The notes under the pieces are model-generated. The model saw nothing but the letters and a program-made list of their open reading frames with translations, was not told the origin of the DNA and searched no databases. 64,000 nt of DNA from Gnetum montanum. Taxonomy: Eukaryota > Plantae > Gnetophyta. The stretch spans positions 390,652 to 454,651 of the forward strand of contig MNCI01002198.1 in assembly GCA_015680685.1 (NCBI GenBank). Direction: 5' to 3'. Below, in pieces: positions 48,601 to 59,930 of this stretch (the stretch's first letter is position 1; every line of letters begins with the position of its first letter). A program made the translations under genes and the position numbers.

Positions 48601-49473
48601 TGGGTTGTAGTATGTGCGGAAGCTGGTGCACTTGGGGTTGCACATAGTATGCTACCTAAAGGGGTTGTGCCACAGGTAAGGATGGGGTTGGCACTCACCA
48701 CGTAGTTGAGAATGGGTTAGCCATTAGTGGAGGGACAGGTGCAGAAGAAGGACCAAAGGTGAAGCTTACATGTGACTAAGACGTGGGCAAAGTGTGGACA
48801 TATGATAGCATAGCCATGATTGACGTTGGGTAAGCTACTGGGGTAGACTGAGAAGGAAGGATGATTGAGAATGAAGTTGAAGGATCCCCCTATTGGTACA
48901 TAGAAGGTACAGGATGGATGCCCATGGCTAACACATGTGTAGGTTGTGGCGAGGTCGTGGTAATCACGAAGGGGGCAGACGAGAAAAGCGAGTTTGATCA
49001 GAAGACAGTTGCAAAAGGGATAGCTGTAGTATAGATCTAGCCACCAGCTTCAGAGTGGAAGTCCAAGTCTTCTTGTTTGTCTTGGAACACCTCATTGTAG
49101 TGGAACACCGTATCCTGTTCCCTGGACCTATTCGCTTGTATCAGTTGGTTTAAGACCCATTGATACGATTCGGTCAATGAGATGACAACATCAAGGGAAG
49201 GGATAAATTCCCTCCCGTTCTGGTGGAAAAACTTGACGTTACATTTGTCTTCGAGTTCTTGGCGATCCAAGGGTATATTCACTTGGACCTTCATGTAGAG
49301 GAAGTCATAGAGCTCTGCATCTTGCGCCAAGCACTTAGGTGATAGGTGTCAGAGCCTAAGAGACTGACGTGGTGCTAGCACTGGGCTAGGCGGTCACTTG
49401 GCACCTATGGTGTTTTGAGCTGAGTAAGGAACTTGAAGGTTCGAGGTGGGAATGACAATGGTTGCGAGAATCA
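45665..49473 (-). pseudogene. Tat gag-protease (decayed), ending at its own stop at 45665
   Basis: PQLTKYNGDGDPNTHL...SLKGKALDW (Retrotrans_gag), VHVDDGVATNVIP (protease active-site region, ~46230), FNLILGRSWL. Confidence 0.85.
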
Positions 49474-49692
49474 TCTTGTGTGATTAAAGGGAAATTGTAA
49501 ATGGGAAACACAAAAATTAATAAGCGATCAAAGGCTTTTTGTCCTACCGGGTTCGAAAGGAACCATTGTTGTGATCAGTCTGCACCACACGATGCGTAGA
49601 CAACCACAAGGGTGTCACATCTACGCTAGTGGATGACTAGGTATAGATAGCATGCAAGATTACCTGCAAGATGCAGAAATGGCACCAAAAGG

Positions 49693-49709
49693 CCCTCCTT
49701 CTAGTGCCA
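49693..49709 (-). other. Primer-binding site TGGCACTAGAAGGAGGG (tRNA-Asn type)
   Basis: 5 nt from the 5' LTR; complementary, with one mismatch, to the plant tRNA-Asn 3' end CCCTCCTTCTAGCGCCA as recalled. Confidence 0.8.
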
Positions 49710-49714
49710 AAAAC

Positions 49715-51819
49715 TGTAGCAATCGAAAACATTGGTGGCTGGAACACCGAGAGGTTGCTGGGTGTACAGCCTAATCTCAAATCCGTGTGAAAGCTGTGCT
49801 AGAGAGAAATGAAAATGGGGTGCCCTGAATGGTCTAGTCAATTAGACAGGGACTTAATTGGTGTAAGTAAACCTTTCGTAAACGTTTGTTTTAGAAGTGA
49901 TGTATGCGAGTGAAGCGATGATCAACAAATATAAAATGATAAAAAAAATAGTGCATAGTAAACAAAGAATAAAATAGATTTGGGTTAGAAAGTGCACCGC
50001 CCCAAGGTCGCGGATCTGATCTTTGTTTTGGAGAGGTGTAAAATAGAATATGCAACACTGGAGAGGCACAACTTACAACAGAGTAGTATGGTTGTAGGTC
50101 CCTGAACTATAGCCAATATCTTGCTACTCGGGATTCTTTTGCTGGCCAATTCACTCGTCAAGATGCCAAAATGCTGAACCTACAAAAGGATGTCTGAAGT
50201 CAACCAGAATGCTCAAAGCCAACAAAAATGCTAAGAATTCCCACTATGCTCTCCAAAAGACAACCCTTTGAACATTGTTTGCTAGGGTATTTATAGAGCT
50301 AGATGCTGGAGAGAAACATGGTTTAGATGCCATGTGTGCTAGGTCCCACAAAGTGCAAAGGTGATCATGTTATTCTGTTATGTATTACTGCTACACTATG
50401 ACCATACCACTGAAATTGCATGTGCCAAAATCTAGAAAGCGTACTAACAATGAAAGTGAAATGGAGCTTATTCTCCAGGACTACGTCTTCCCTACTCTTG
50501 CGAGCAGGGTCAAGCATAGGGAAAAATTTGGGGATTGACTAGGGGTGTGCAAGATGAAGCAAATTTGCTAATTATGCTCGCTGAAGAGGTGCTAGGATGA
50601 GAATGATCATTGCCAACAAGTTCTGGAGTTAACTGAAGACGTCTTAATGCCTCCATGTAAGTGTTGCACTACTTATGTTGTCCAGCGTGTTGGCATAGCA
50701 TGAGTAACTGCATGCTACACTGTGCTACGCTACGTAGCGTAGCATAGCGTAATCACCGGTCTTGAAAGAAGTCTTACATAAAAGTTGAAAGCATCTATTT
50801 GAGGGTTGGTTAGGTAAGGAACGACAACTTCGTCTTTCGTGTTGGAAAGCCTTCGGACCTGCTGAGTTAATCCTTGGGGCATTTTGTTGTTCTACATCCT
50901 CGCTATGCTGTGCTATGCTATGCAGCATCGCACAATGTAGCAGCTAATGTGACATGCATCCTTGTTTAATCTACAAATATTTTATCAGGAAACTTTGCTT
51001 GAGGCTTGAGGGCTAAGTGGGATAGGTAGTTTTGGTGGTCGAAGCATTGCCAAGTGCAATCCTCTTGTTGGAGTTACTTGGTAGAGGGGCCTTTGTGCAT
51101 TTTTTCCTTTCCACGCTATGCTACACTGCATAGTGTAGCACAGCGTAGCACCACATGTTGGTTGAATCCTAACTTATTTTGCAAACATTTTGTCATAGGA
51201 TGTTTGTCATGTCTTGGTGTGTTAGCAGAATAAACTTGTTTAATGATTGAAGCATGGGTAAATGTTTTTACTCTGTTGGAGACGTCTGAGTAGAAGTGTT
51301 ATCGAAGTACATCCCTGCTATGCTGCGTAGCATAGCACAACATAGCACTCAAATTGAGATGATTCTTGACAAAATTTGCCACATTCTATTGTGCCATATC
51401 GCTCATGTTTCAGAGGTGAAATAGGGCAAATGCTCTGGAAGACTAGCTTGTTATCAATTTTCATCTTGGACGTCTGATTAGTCTCCTCAAGGCTTGCTAT
51501 GCTGTGCAGTGTAGTGTAGCATAGTAGGTTTCTCTATTAGAAAACTTGCCGAACTATTTAGCTCATTCTGAACACTTTTGGCAACTCCTAGCATGGTCTC
51601 TTGGTAGACTGGTAGCTGGGTCAATTGTCAATTTGGGCAGGTTGGAGAGTTCAGCAAGCTTGTTAGTTCAAGCAATAGAAAACTTGCCAGACTGTACAGT
51701 CTATCCTCAATGCCTACATTATGTTGATGGCCCATCGTGACATTGCACTTGTGGAAGTCCTTGCCTGAATTCCAAGACTCTACCGAAGCTTCAGGGTCCT
51801 AAAAGTTTATGGTGTTTCA
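49715..51819 (-). repeat. Tat 5' LTR (2105 bp)
   Basis: tgtagcaatcgaaaac...ggtgtttca, followed by TSD atgtc. Confidence 0.93.
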
Positions 51820-54800
51820 ATGTCTTTGCCTCATGAAAGAAATCTTTGACTAGGAAAAGATGTCTTGCTATTTTTGAAGATGTATTTATGAATTTTCTTT
51901 GAGTTCATCCCAAATTTTCCATGATGTCTGCTACTTCCTAGAGATATCTCTCTTCACTTTCTCTTGCATAATGAATGCTCCATTGCTTGTTTGCAACCTT
52001 GATCTTTTGTATGCTTTAATGATGTCAACTTTTCTTGTACAATATCAAGTCCTTATCCACATTCTTTGGATGTTCGTTTGAAGACATATGTGTGACCTCC
52101 TCCTTTAAGCTCTAGGATAGTTCGTTCCTTGTCCTCTTTAGCTCATCTTGGTTCCCCATTTATGTAGTCCTACAAACACAATAACCATAAAACCATACAA
52201 ATAAATTTTGTCTCCATTTTACTCAACATTTTGAGCACACCAAAACACACCAAAAAGTCCATAATCTCCCCCTTTTTGGTGATTTTCAAAACTTAAGAAA
52301 ATAGATTAGTGATCATACCAATATAACCATACCACTCTCCTCCTTTTTGAAGAAAAAAAAAGATAAGGTGGACAAACGTTGATAGAAAAGAACAATAATA
52401 TCCACATAATATGGAGAGCCAAGAATCACTCATAATCCTAAAAGATATAGGGAGTATCTATTTATTAGGTCCATGAAAAGGTGCCCCAAATTTTGCAAGA
52501 GTAGAAAAAACCTTCCAAGTGAAATTCAATCTTGAAGTTGAAGCAAAAGCTTAAGCAAGCTGTCTCTAAAATAATAAGTCATTAGTAGTGCAAGGTGCTT
52601 GGGATTAAGAGAATCTTCATTTTTATATAACATTGGCAAATGGACATATCTTCATGATGAGGGCAAATATAGCCATACAACTTCACAATGGAAAACCATT
52701 GATGTCAGATGAATACATTCCCATAGAGTAATCATGTTATTTCCCAAAATAGTAAGGAATGTATTACATCCTTTCCTTAAAACCATTGACAATGCATACT
52801 CTGGTGTTTGTTCAAGACAATGCAACATCCAAAACCATTGAATAAAACATGTTGATAAATATACATTCATACACTTATCCTCTAATGTAAATAAGATCAT
52901 GTAAAAATAGTCTATTAATACAAAATATCAAAGATAGAGCATATAGAAATAGGTGTTTCATTAAGTATCACAAATAGGAAAGCAATAATATTACAAGTGT
53001 TGCCACGCATATATCAAGAATTGATCCAAGATTTTCAACCAATATTTAAGCTTGAAGTGAAGTATGAATGTTGAGGAGCAAGTAATCTATCTTCAAAATA
53101 AGTAATTAGTATGGATTATCATCTTGGTAAATGAGCATATAGCAATATACAACTTGAAACCAGCCATGCCGAATTTCCAAAATTTGCATCTTAAAGCAAA
53201 TTATTTAATGGATAACTTAATCAAAAGCACAGATATCCAAAAATTATCATGGCCTTGCTCCTAATATTAACTACTTCTTGTATAGAAATAGATACTTCCT
53301 GCTTAAGCTTATGATTAAAAATTGGATGTTGGTTGTTAGTTCAAAATCCATGAGGACTAATAGAGATTGATGCTAAAGATACCTGATCTAATAGATAGCA
53401 TTATGTAATTCTAGATTCAACCAAAAGAATTTATCAAAAGAATATGAAAGTCATGCATGTTTTATAGGTCAATACAACAACCACAATCATCTACAAATAA
53501 TAGATGTTGATAAGGGACTAAGTATTCATATATTGGTAAGTGCCTTTTAAAGTTAACCATTTAAGACTTTGTGATCCCAACAAATACCTCTTGAAGTTCT
53601 TTTCTTGCTCATTGTGCATTTTGGTTGAAGTCTCCATGGACTCCCCCTACATTGATGACCCCCAAGATGATTGAGATGTAGGCTCTCACTACATATGTGC
53701 TACTTATCTTGGGCTTTTAAGTTCAATGTGCAAAAATCACAAACACACTATAACTGTAGATCAATAGTAAGCTTAATTTGTGAAGATCTAGATCTTCAAC
53801 TAGCAATATTGATAGAGGTTTGTCTCATCTTATACATGGCAAAAATCATTCCAAAGACTATGACCATAGAAATAGATCATCACAAGAATTTTAGATTGAG
53901 AAAGACAAGAAATCAAACCAAGGAAAATCATTACAAGTGCTATTATAAGTCTTCACAAAACCAATTAATATAAGGAATGATCTAGACATTTATTCCACCA
54001 TATATGATCTGGACATAGATAATTTAAGACTTCTCATATACAAACCTTATTAACTAGCAAGCAAAGAGATAGAGACTTACCTTAACTTACCTTGCTTGTT
54101 GATAAATTGAAAAGATTGATGGAGTTTAAGATGAGGTTCCCTATCATGAAGTATCTCCTCATCCTTAGGTTCTCTTTCATTAGATTGTATATGTGATGTC
54201 TCTATTTGTTCATTTTCCTTGTGATAGAACTTTAAAATTAATTTTTTCATTATTTATAAAACTCCATATCTCTTCATTATTACTTATTGGTACTTGCAGA
54301 ATTTCCTTACCAAAGCCCTTTTGACAAGACCAAGCATTAATCTTATTTTGATCATCATAGTTAAGAGTTTGTATAAAACCACAATTTTTACATATAAAAG
54401 TAGTATTATCCTTAAGGTTAGAATTATCAAACCTTACTATGCTTGAGCTTGAGATTGCATTTTCATGTCTTGCATCCTCTAAATTCTTTGCCTAATTTTC
54501 AGGAATCTCTTCATCTTGAATCTTGCTATAATCCTTGTTACAAGAGGTTAGTGGTTGAATCTTAGCTTTTATGTCTAAGATCTCTTATTTAATTTTAGCA
54601 TGAATAGCATTTAACTTAGAAAGTACTAGTTTCTTTGCCTTCCTAATCAAATGATGTATGATAAAAATTTCTTCTTTAAATTTACTATACCTCTTGTCAC
54701 ACTTGTCATCTTGTTCACCTTTATGTGAGGAAGATTCATTAGTAAGCACCATGCAGATGAGATGAGAATCTTTAGGAGAATTGCATGCTTCTTCTTCACT

Positions 54801-54852
54801 TTGCTCACCATCATCCTAACTTGTATAAAAGTTGGTCTTTTTGGTTCCTCAT

Positions 54853-55694
54853 TGATGAATCATTGTTTTTGTTTGCCGTGACATTGCATACACAACATCG
54901 GGGCTTGGCTTCGACATTGGGTTTCCGATGTTAGGGCATATATCTTGGCCTATAAATATAGCACTTGGGTTCTAGTTTTTGGCATAGTTTAGTTTTCAAT
55001 TTTCAAGCAAGGTAGTGAAGCTCTTGTCATTTCTTTTCCTCAAAGTTAGAATATTTTTTGAGTGCTTGCAAAAGTAGTCTAAGTGTGTACAGTTCTTTAT
55101 TCAAGCACTGATGTACCTAAGTGCGGTAGTGTGATAGGAATAAAACGAACTCTTTTGATAATCCTTGCAACACTGAGCATATATTAATATTTTCTTTAAT
55201 GCATTTTTGCTTTCTTTCTTTTTACTTTAATGCATTTGAGTTAAGTGATTTATTTTTAGTTGTTAATGAACACAAGCATGACCACTTAGAGCATTCATAT
55301 AGTACTTGGTAACCTAGCAATGCTTAAAGTTTGGTAGCTTAATAGTGCTATATGTGTTCAAGATGTGTCCAAGAAAGTGGGATATTTGTGTTAGGCTAGT
55401 TCACATCTTGTTTTACATCATTCATTAGTTAATCAATTTATCTCTTTCTATCATCAGTAGTACCATTGCATAGAAATAGGAACCACATCACATGCCTCAC
55501 TTTGGACTAAACCATACATGACAACACTACCACTAGTCCAAGTGGAAAGATAACGAATTGTGATTAAGGCATAATGATCTAGATGCTATAACTAGTCCCA
55601 TCCATAGAATTTGACTGGATTGCACATGAGCTCTTGTGATTAATATGGTTGAGTGTAGGGGTGGTACCTCATCACTCATCATTGGCACCGTTGT
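54853..55694 (+). mobile_element. Athila-like 5' LTR (54853-55681) plus truncated tRNA-Asp-type PBS TGGCACCGTTGT
   Basis: TGATGAAT...CTCATCA termini; TATAAATA at ~54951; homologous to 3360-4285; canonical Athila PBS is TGGCGCCGTTGCCGGGG. Confidence 0.85.
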
Positions 55695-55964
55695 TGATGA
55701 GTGGCTAGGTACCCCTACACTCAACCATACGAATATGAGCGTTTCATACTGATCCGATCAAACTATGCAGACAGGCTAGTAGTGGTATCTAGATAGTTAC
55801 TCGTTGATCATAGTTTTCTATCTTTCCACTTGGACTATTATTTGCTTTGTCATGTATGGTTTAGTATAGAGTGAGGTGTATGATGTGTTCCTAAACTAAT
55901 GCTACTCCTAGAGACAATGGAAAATAATCTTTAATTAAGCTAGGAGAAAAGGAGAGAGAGAGAG

Positions 55965-56282
55965 NNNNNNNNNNNNNNNNNNNNNNNNNNNNNNNNNNNN
56001 NNNNNNNNNNNNNNNNNNNNNNNNNNNNNNNNNNNNNNNNNNNNNNNNNNNNNNNNNNNNNNNNNNNNNNNNNNNNNNNNNNNNNNNNNNNNNNNNNNNN
56101 NNNNNNNNNNNNNNNNNNNNNNNNNNNNNNNNNNNNNNNNNNNNNNNNNNNNNNNNNNNNNNNNNNNNNNNNNNNNNNNNNNNNNNNNNNNNNNNNNNNN
56201 NNNNNNNNNNNNNNNNNNNNNNNNNNNNNNNNNNNNNNNNNNNNNNNNNNNNNNNNNNNNNNNNNNNNNNNNNNNNNNNNNN
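55965..56282. other. Assembly gap (318 N)
   Basis: Run of N. Confidence 1.
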
Positions 56283-56599
56283 GCGTATCTGATATTGTGA
56301 CCTGGCTACGATATAATGTACCTGATATTGAGGCTTCAATATCGAGGGTTCAATATTGCAGCCTGATGAATTATGATTCATCATACCCCCACAACTAAAT
56401 GAAAACTCGTCCTCAAGTCAAAATATGAGAACAAGCTTCGTTTATTACACTGTGGATAGGTATGGAATTATTGGCTGACTAATGATTTATTCCTGCTGCA
56501 GTGGAGAACTCAATAGGATAAAATTGGGATACACCACATAATTAGAAAATTACAGCATTTCAAAATTGCAAAGTTGCAAAATTTTAAACTTTATTTGGC

Positions 56600-59399
56600 T
56601 CATGTGGTTCCAGGTGGTGGTGGCTCCTCCATGGGTTGCTTCCCCTTGTCTTGTGCTCTAGGTTTTGGGATTTGATGACATTGTAGTAGTGCTTGGAGCT
56701 TCTCCTCTTCTGTTTAGGGATCCTGTGCCATGTATGCTAATGCTCTAATGCTTGATGGGATCAGCACCTCCCATGGGCATGGTAGTTGCAGGAACATCTT
56801 ATTTGCCTTGATGTACCAGGCCACCAACAACTGTCGTTCCTCCTTGTAGGCTCTGGCTTTATCCCTGTACTCCTAAAAATCTGTAAGCCATCAAGCCAAG
56901 TCTGTTGTGACATCTTTTTTGTCCTTGGTAGCTTTCTTTAACCACCTTTAATTTAGAATTTGCAACTTCCAACTTCTACAATGTTTTCTTGTGTTCTATA
57001 AATTCTACTTCATACTTGGCATAGGTGGTAGCTACCTGCCTCTCGAGCTCTATCCTCGGGCACCCTACTGTTAACATGGCTAGATTGGCATATCATAGAT
57101 TTGCCAACTCCATGTACTCTATGAGATCCTAAATCTATAGGTCCTAGCTTTTAAGTTCCACCTGGTGGACAAATGCATATGTATCCAATATGGCCCGCCA
57201 ATCAGTGTTTTGAGCACTGAAAGTGTTGATGTGGGCCTTGGCCATATGGATCTCTTTTTTGATAACTTTCTTGTACATTCCCACTTGGTCTCGAAAAAGC
57301 TCCATTAATTTTTCATGTCACTTGGCCTCATTTTTCCATGCGTTTATTTTGATGGACATTTTTTGATGGATGGCGTGTACCTCCTCCATTGAGAGGGTTC
57401 AATTTTCTTTGGCCAAACAGTTCATGTCCTAGTTGACTCTGATCAATTGTTCTCATAGCTGTTGAAAATTTTCTTTAAGAACATTCTTTTGTTTCTCCAC
57501 AAAGGTCAATCGAAGATTGTTGGCAACAAGCTATTTATTCTCTTCTTGTAAGGCCTTGAGTGCCTTGGCGTGCACGTAGTTTTGTGCTTGTGCCTTGGAG
57601 GCATCCCAGTCAGCCTTCTCTTTTTCCTCTACCACTCTTTTATTTTTCACAAATAATTTGTTAAGTTGCTCTATCCTGAAGGTGTCTAGCTGGTCTGTGG
57701 GAACAAATTGAGAGGGATCCCCCTATGCGGTTTGCAGGGTTACAAGCCTTTTTTGTAGTCTTGCCAATTCTGCTTCTGCATGCTTGGCCCTTATCTCTGT
57801 CATGACCAGCTTTCCTTCGGTGGAGATGAGGTTTGATTGTGCTACTATAACATCCTGTGGGATGTCAAACAAGGACGTCATCACCTATCCTATTTGTAGC
57901 AATCAATCAAGCACATCCTCATACTCCACAAGAGTCATTAAGGGACCAGCTAGAGTTTGAGCATCCCGTGCTCCTATGAAATCTGCTAGTGGCACAACAG
58001 GGATGTTAAAAGATTTTTTGATGTGGTATGTGACCACCTCTATAGTTCCCATTGAGTCCTAGTGTTACATGACAACCATTGTGGCCCCTTCACCATTCTC
58101 TAATTGCACTTGAAAGAATGCAGCATTTCTTGAAATCTATTACGACCAATAAGTCTCCCCTTCTCCTGTCTGAATGGACACCTCACCCCGTGCATGATCT
58201 ATAGAGACAGTGGGCCATACAGTATCGTTGATGATGTGAAAGAGATTTTTATCACCATGACTTCCCTAATTGATCATCTCAGCGATGGCCCTGAGATGGC
58301 TCATCAACAGTTGATAATCCTATGGTGGTGGTGATGGTTGATCTCACTGGCTCATGTTGGGCCCTATTTCTTATTGTTGATTGGGTCCTATGCTTGGAAG
58401 TTGGCTAGGCCATGTAAATTGAGTTGCAGTCGGCCCCACCATCTGTTCTTGCTCTTGTTTTGACTCTAGTGTCTCACCAGCACTTTTCCTTGTAGCTGGT
58501 GGCTTTAGCAATTTGATGTATGAAGCATTTTGGGCTCTTCTAAGGATGTCATTGGTGTATTCTCGAACACTAGCACACTTGCACAACTTCCTGATGAGAC
58601 AAGGAAAAGCCAACACAAAATTCTCTAAAAACTTCCTGATGAGCATGTGTTCCTTAAACCACCTTAAGATCTCCATGAGATATAGATGAGGCAAGTTAGC
58701 ATTAACCTTTCTCATCAATATCGCACTTCCTCTTAATGCATATGTTGAAATTCTATTTAATCATTTTGTAGGAAAGATGTGATAAGTTTGAATTTTAAAG
58801 TATATATTCTCTTGCAACGTCAACTCTCCATAGGTCTTATCTTCCTTACTATACACCCTGTCTAACCAAACCCTTTGTGCATCAGCATCAAAGTGAGTAG
58901 ATAGACAAGCAACATTTGGCCCTATGTTTGGAAGGTTTAACACTTCCAAAATTGCTTTGATAGAAAAATCAACAGACACACCAGAAATGTCAATTGTGGT
59001 GCCTTCTTCTTTATTGTGCCAAAATTGGTATGTTTCTCCTAAGTACGAGGCACTATTTTTAGAGAGGATAGGTCATAATGGAGACCCTTTGAGGTGGTCC
59101 CTAACGACCTCAAGAGAAAATTTTGTGAAGGGTCCAAAGTTTAATTCCATGATCACTGCAGCTAATGTGGACCTTTCAAAGATTTCCTGAACACACTCTA
59201 GGGGCAACATGAGGTGTTGTCCCTATTCAGGAGCTGTAGTAGCTCCTCCTTCTACCTACCCCAATTGTATAGTGGTAAGGGCTTCTTGATGGATACTGAA
59301 TGATTTCTCCTCCTACTCTGCATATTGTCTTTCACCTCTCCTGGGTCGCTTGGCCACACCTTGAGAGGGACCTTCTTGTTGTCCACGCTTTGGGGCCAT
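56600..59399 (-). pseudogene. Athila accessory (env-like) ORF, ~930 codons, decayed: MAPKRGQQ... plant-transposon domain ... coiled coil ... PMEEPPPPGTT*
   Basis: ttgcag|ATG at 59399; ORFs 58761-58979 (AILEVLNLPNIGP) and 58371-58718 (LAFPCLIRKLC); TGA at 56600-56602. Confidence 0.75.
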
Positions 59400-59885
59400 C
59401 TGCAATCACACGGGGCCAATCATTAGTAAGGTTGCTTACCAAGTTAAGTTATACCTTACTTCTTGCCTTAACGAGTTCATTCTTATTCCATGTGAATTTA
59501 AGTTAGGAATTTTTATGGAAATGTCTCTAAAAGGTTTTAGTATTTGGCCCTCTTTACCTAGGTGGCCTCAGAATTTTAATTCCCTGGTATAGATGAGGAG
59601 ATAAAATTATTTTTGGCACTTATAAATAATTACCCTTGATAATGTCCTTTGGGTAATAACTAATTCTAGAAAATTTATGTGTAATTTAGCATGTACCCCT
59701 CCCCCATGGCTAAGTTGAACACTCTTGGTTCAGATAGGTCCAAACGGAATGAAAATCAGAGTGCAAGTAAGCGAGTGGTGATTGATAGATCAACAGATGC
59801 GCAATTCACAAGTCGTACAAGAAAATTTGAAAAATTCCCCCACGTGAACAGTACAAATGATGTGGACATGTGTTGGGGGGTCCAT

Positions 59886-59930
59886 ATTTATAGGGTAATA
59901 GGACGTGATATTGTGTACGCAATAGCGCAA
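59886..59930 (-). promoter_or_regulatory. Putative internal promoter of the Athila accessory ORF (TATAAAT plus a copy of the LTR motif)
   Basis: TATAAAT at 59886-59892 (minus); the adjacent gtgatattgtgtacgcaatagcgc resembles the LTR motif gcaatatcgtgtacgcgatattgcg. Confidence 0.45.

Larger units (their letters stand above)
32476..51819 (-). mobile_element. Structurally complete but decayed Tat-lineage Ty3/gypsy LTR retrotransposon (19.3 kb)
   Basis: Two ~2.1-kb TG...CA LTRs; TSD atgtt/atgtc; tRNA-Asn PBS; PPT; domain order gag-PR-[6-kb spacer]-RT-RH-aRH-INT. Confidence 0.93.
31692..54852 (-). mobile_element. SIRE/Maximus-like Ty1/copia element: 3' LTR 31692-52261 split by the Tat insertion; internal region 52262-54852 interrupted by an Athila LTR
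   Basis: LTR ends TGGA...TCCA; ..GGGGGGTGAATA motif near the LTR end; PPT AAAAAGGGGGAGATTA (52262-52277, minus) with extra PPT-like copies at ~52335 and ~53641; (G)GAAGATGT repeats on both sides of the insertion; low-complexity gag-like sequence at 54300-54850. Confidence 0.7.
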
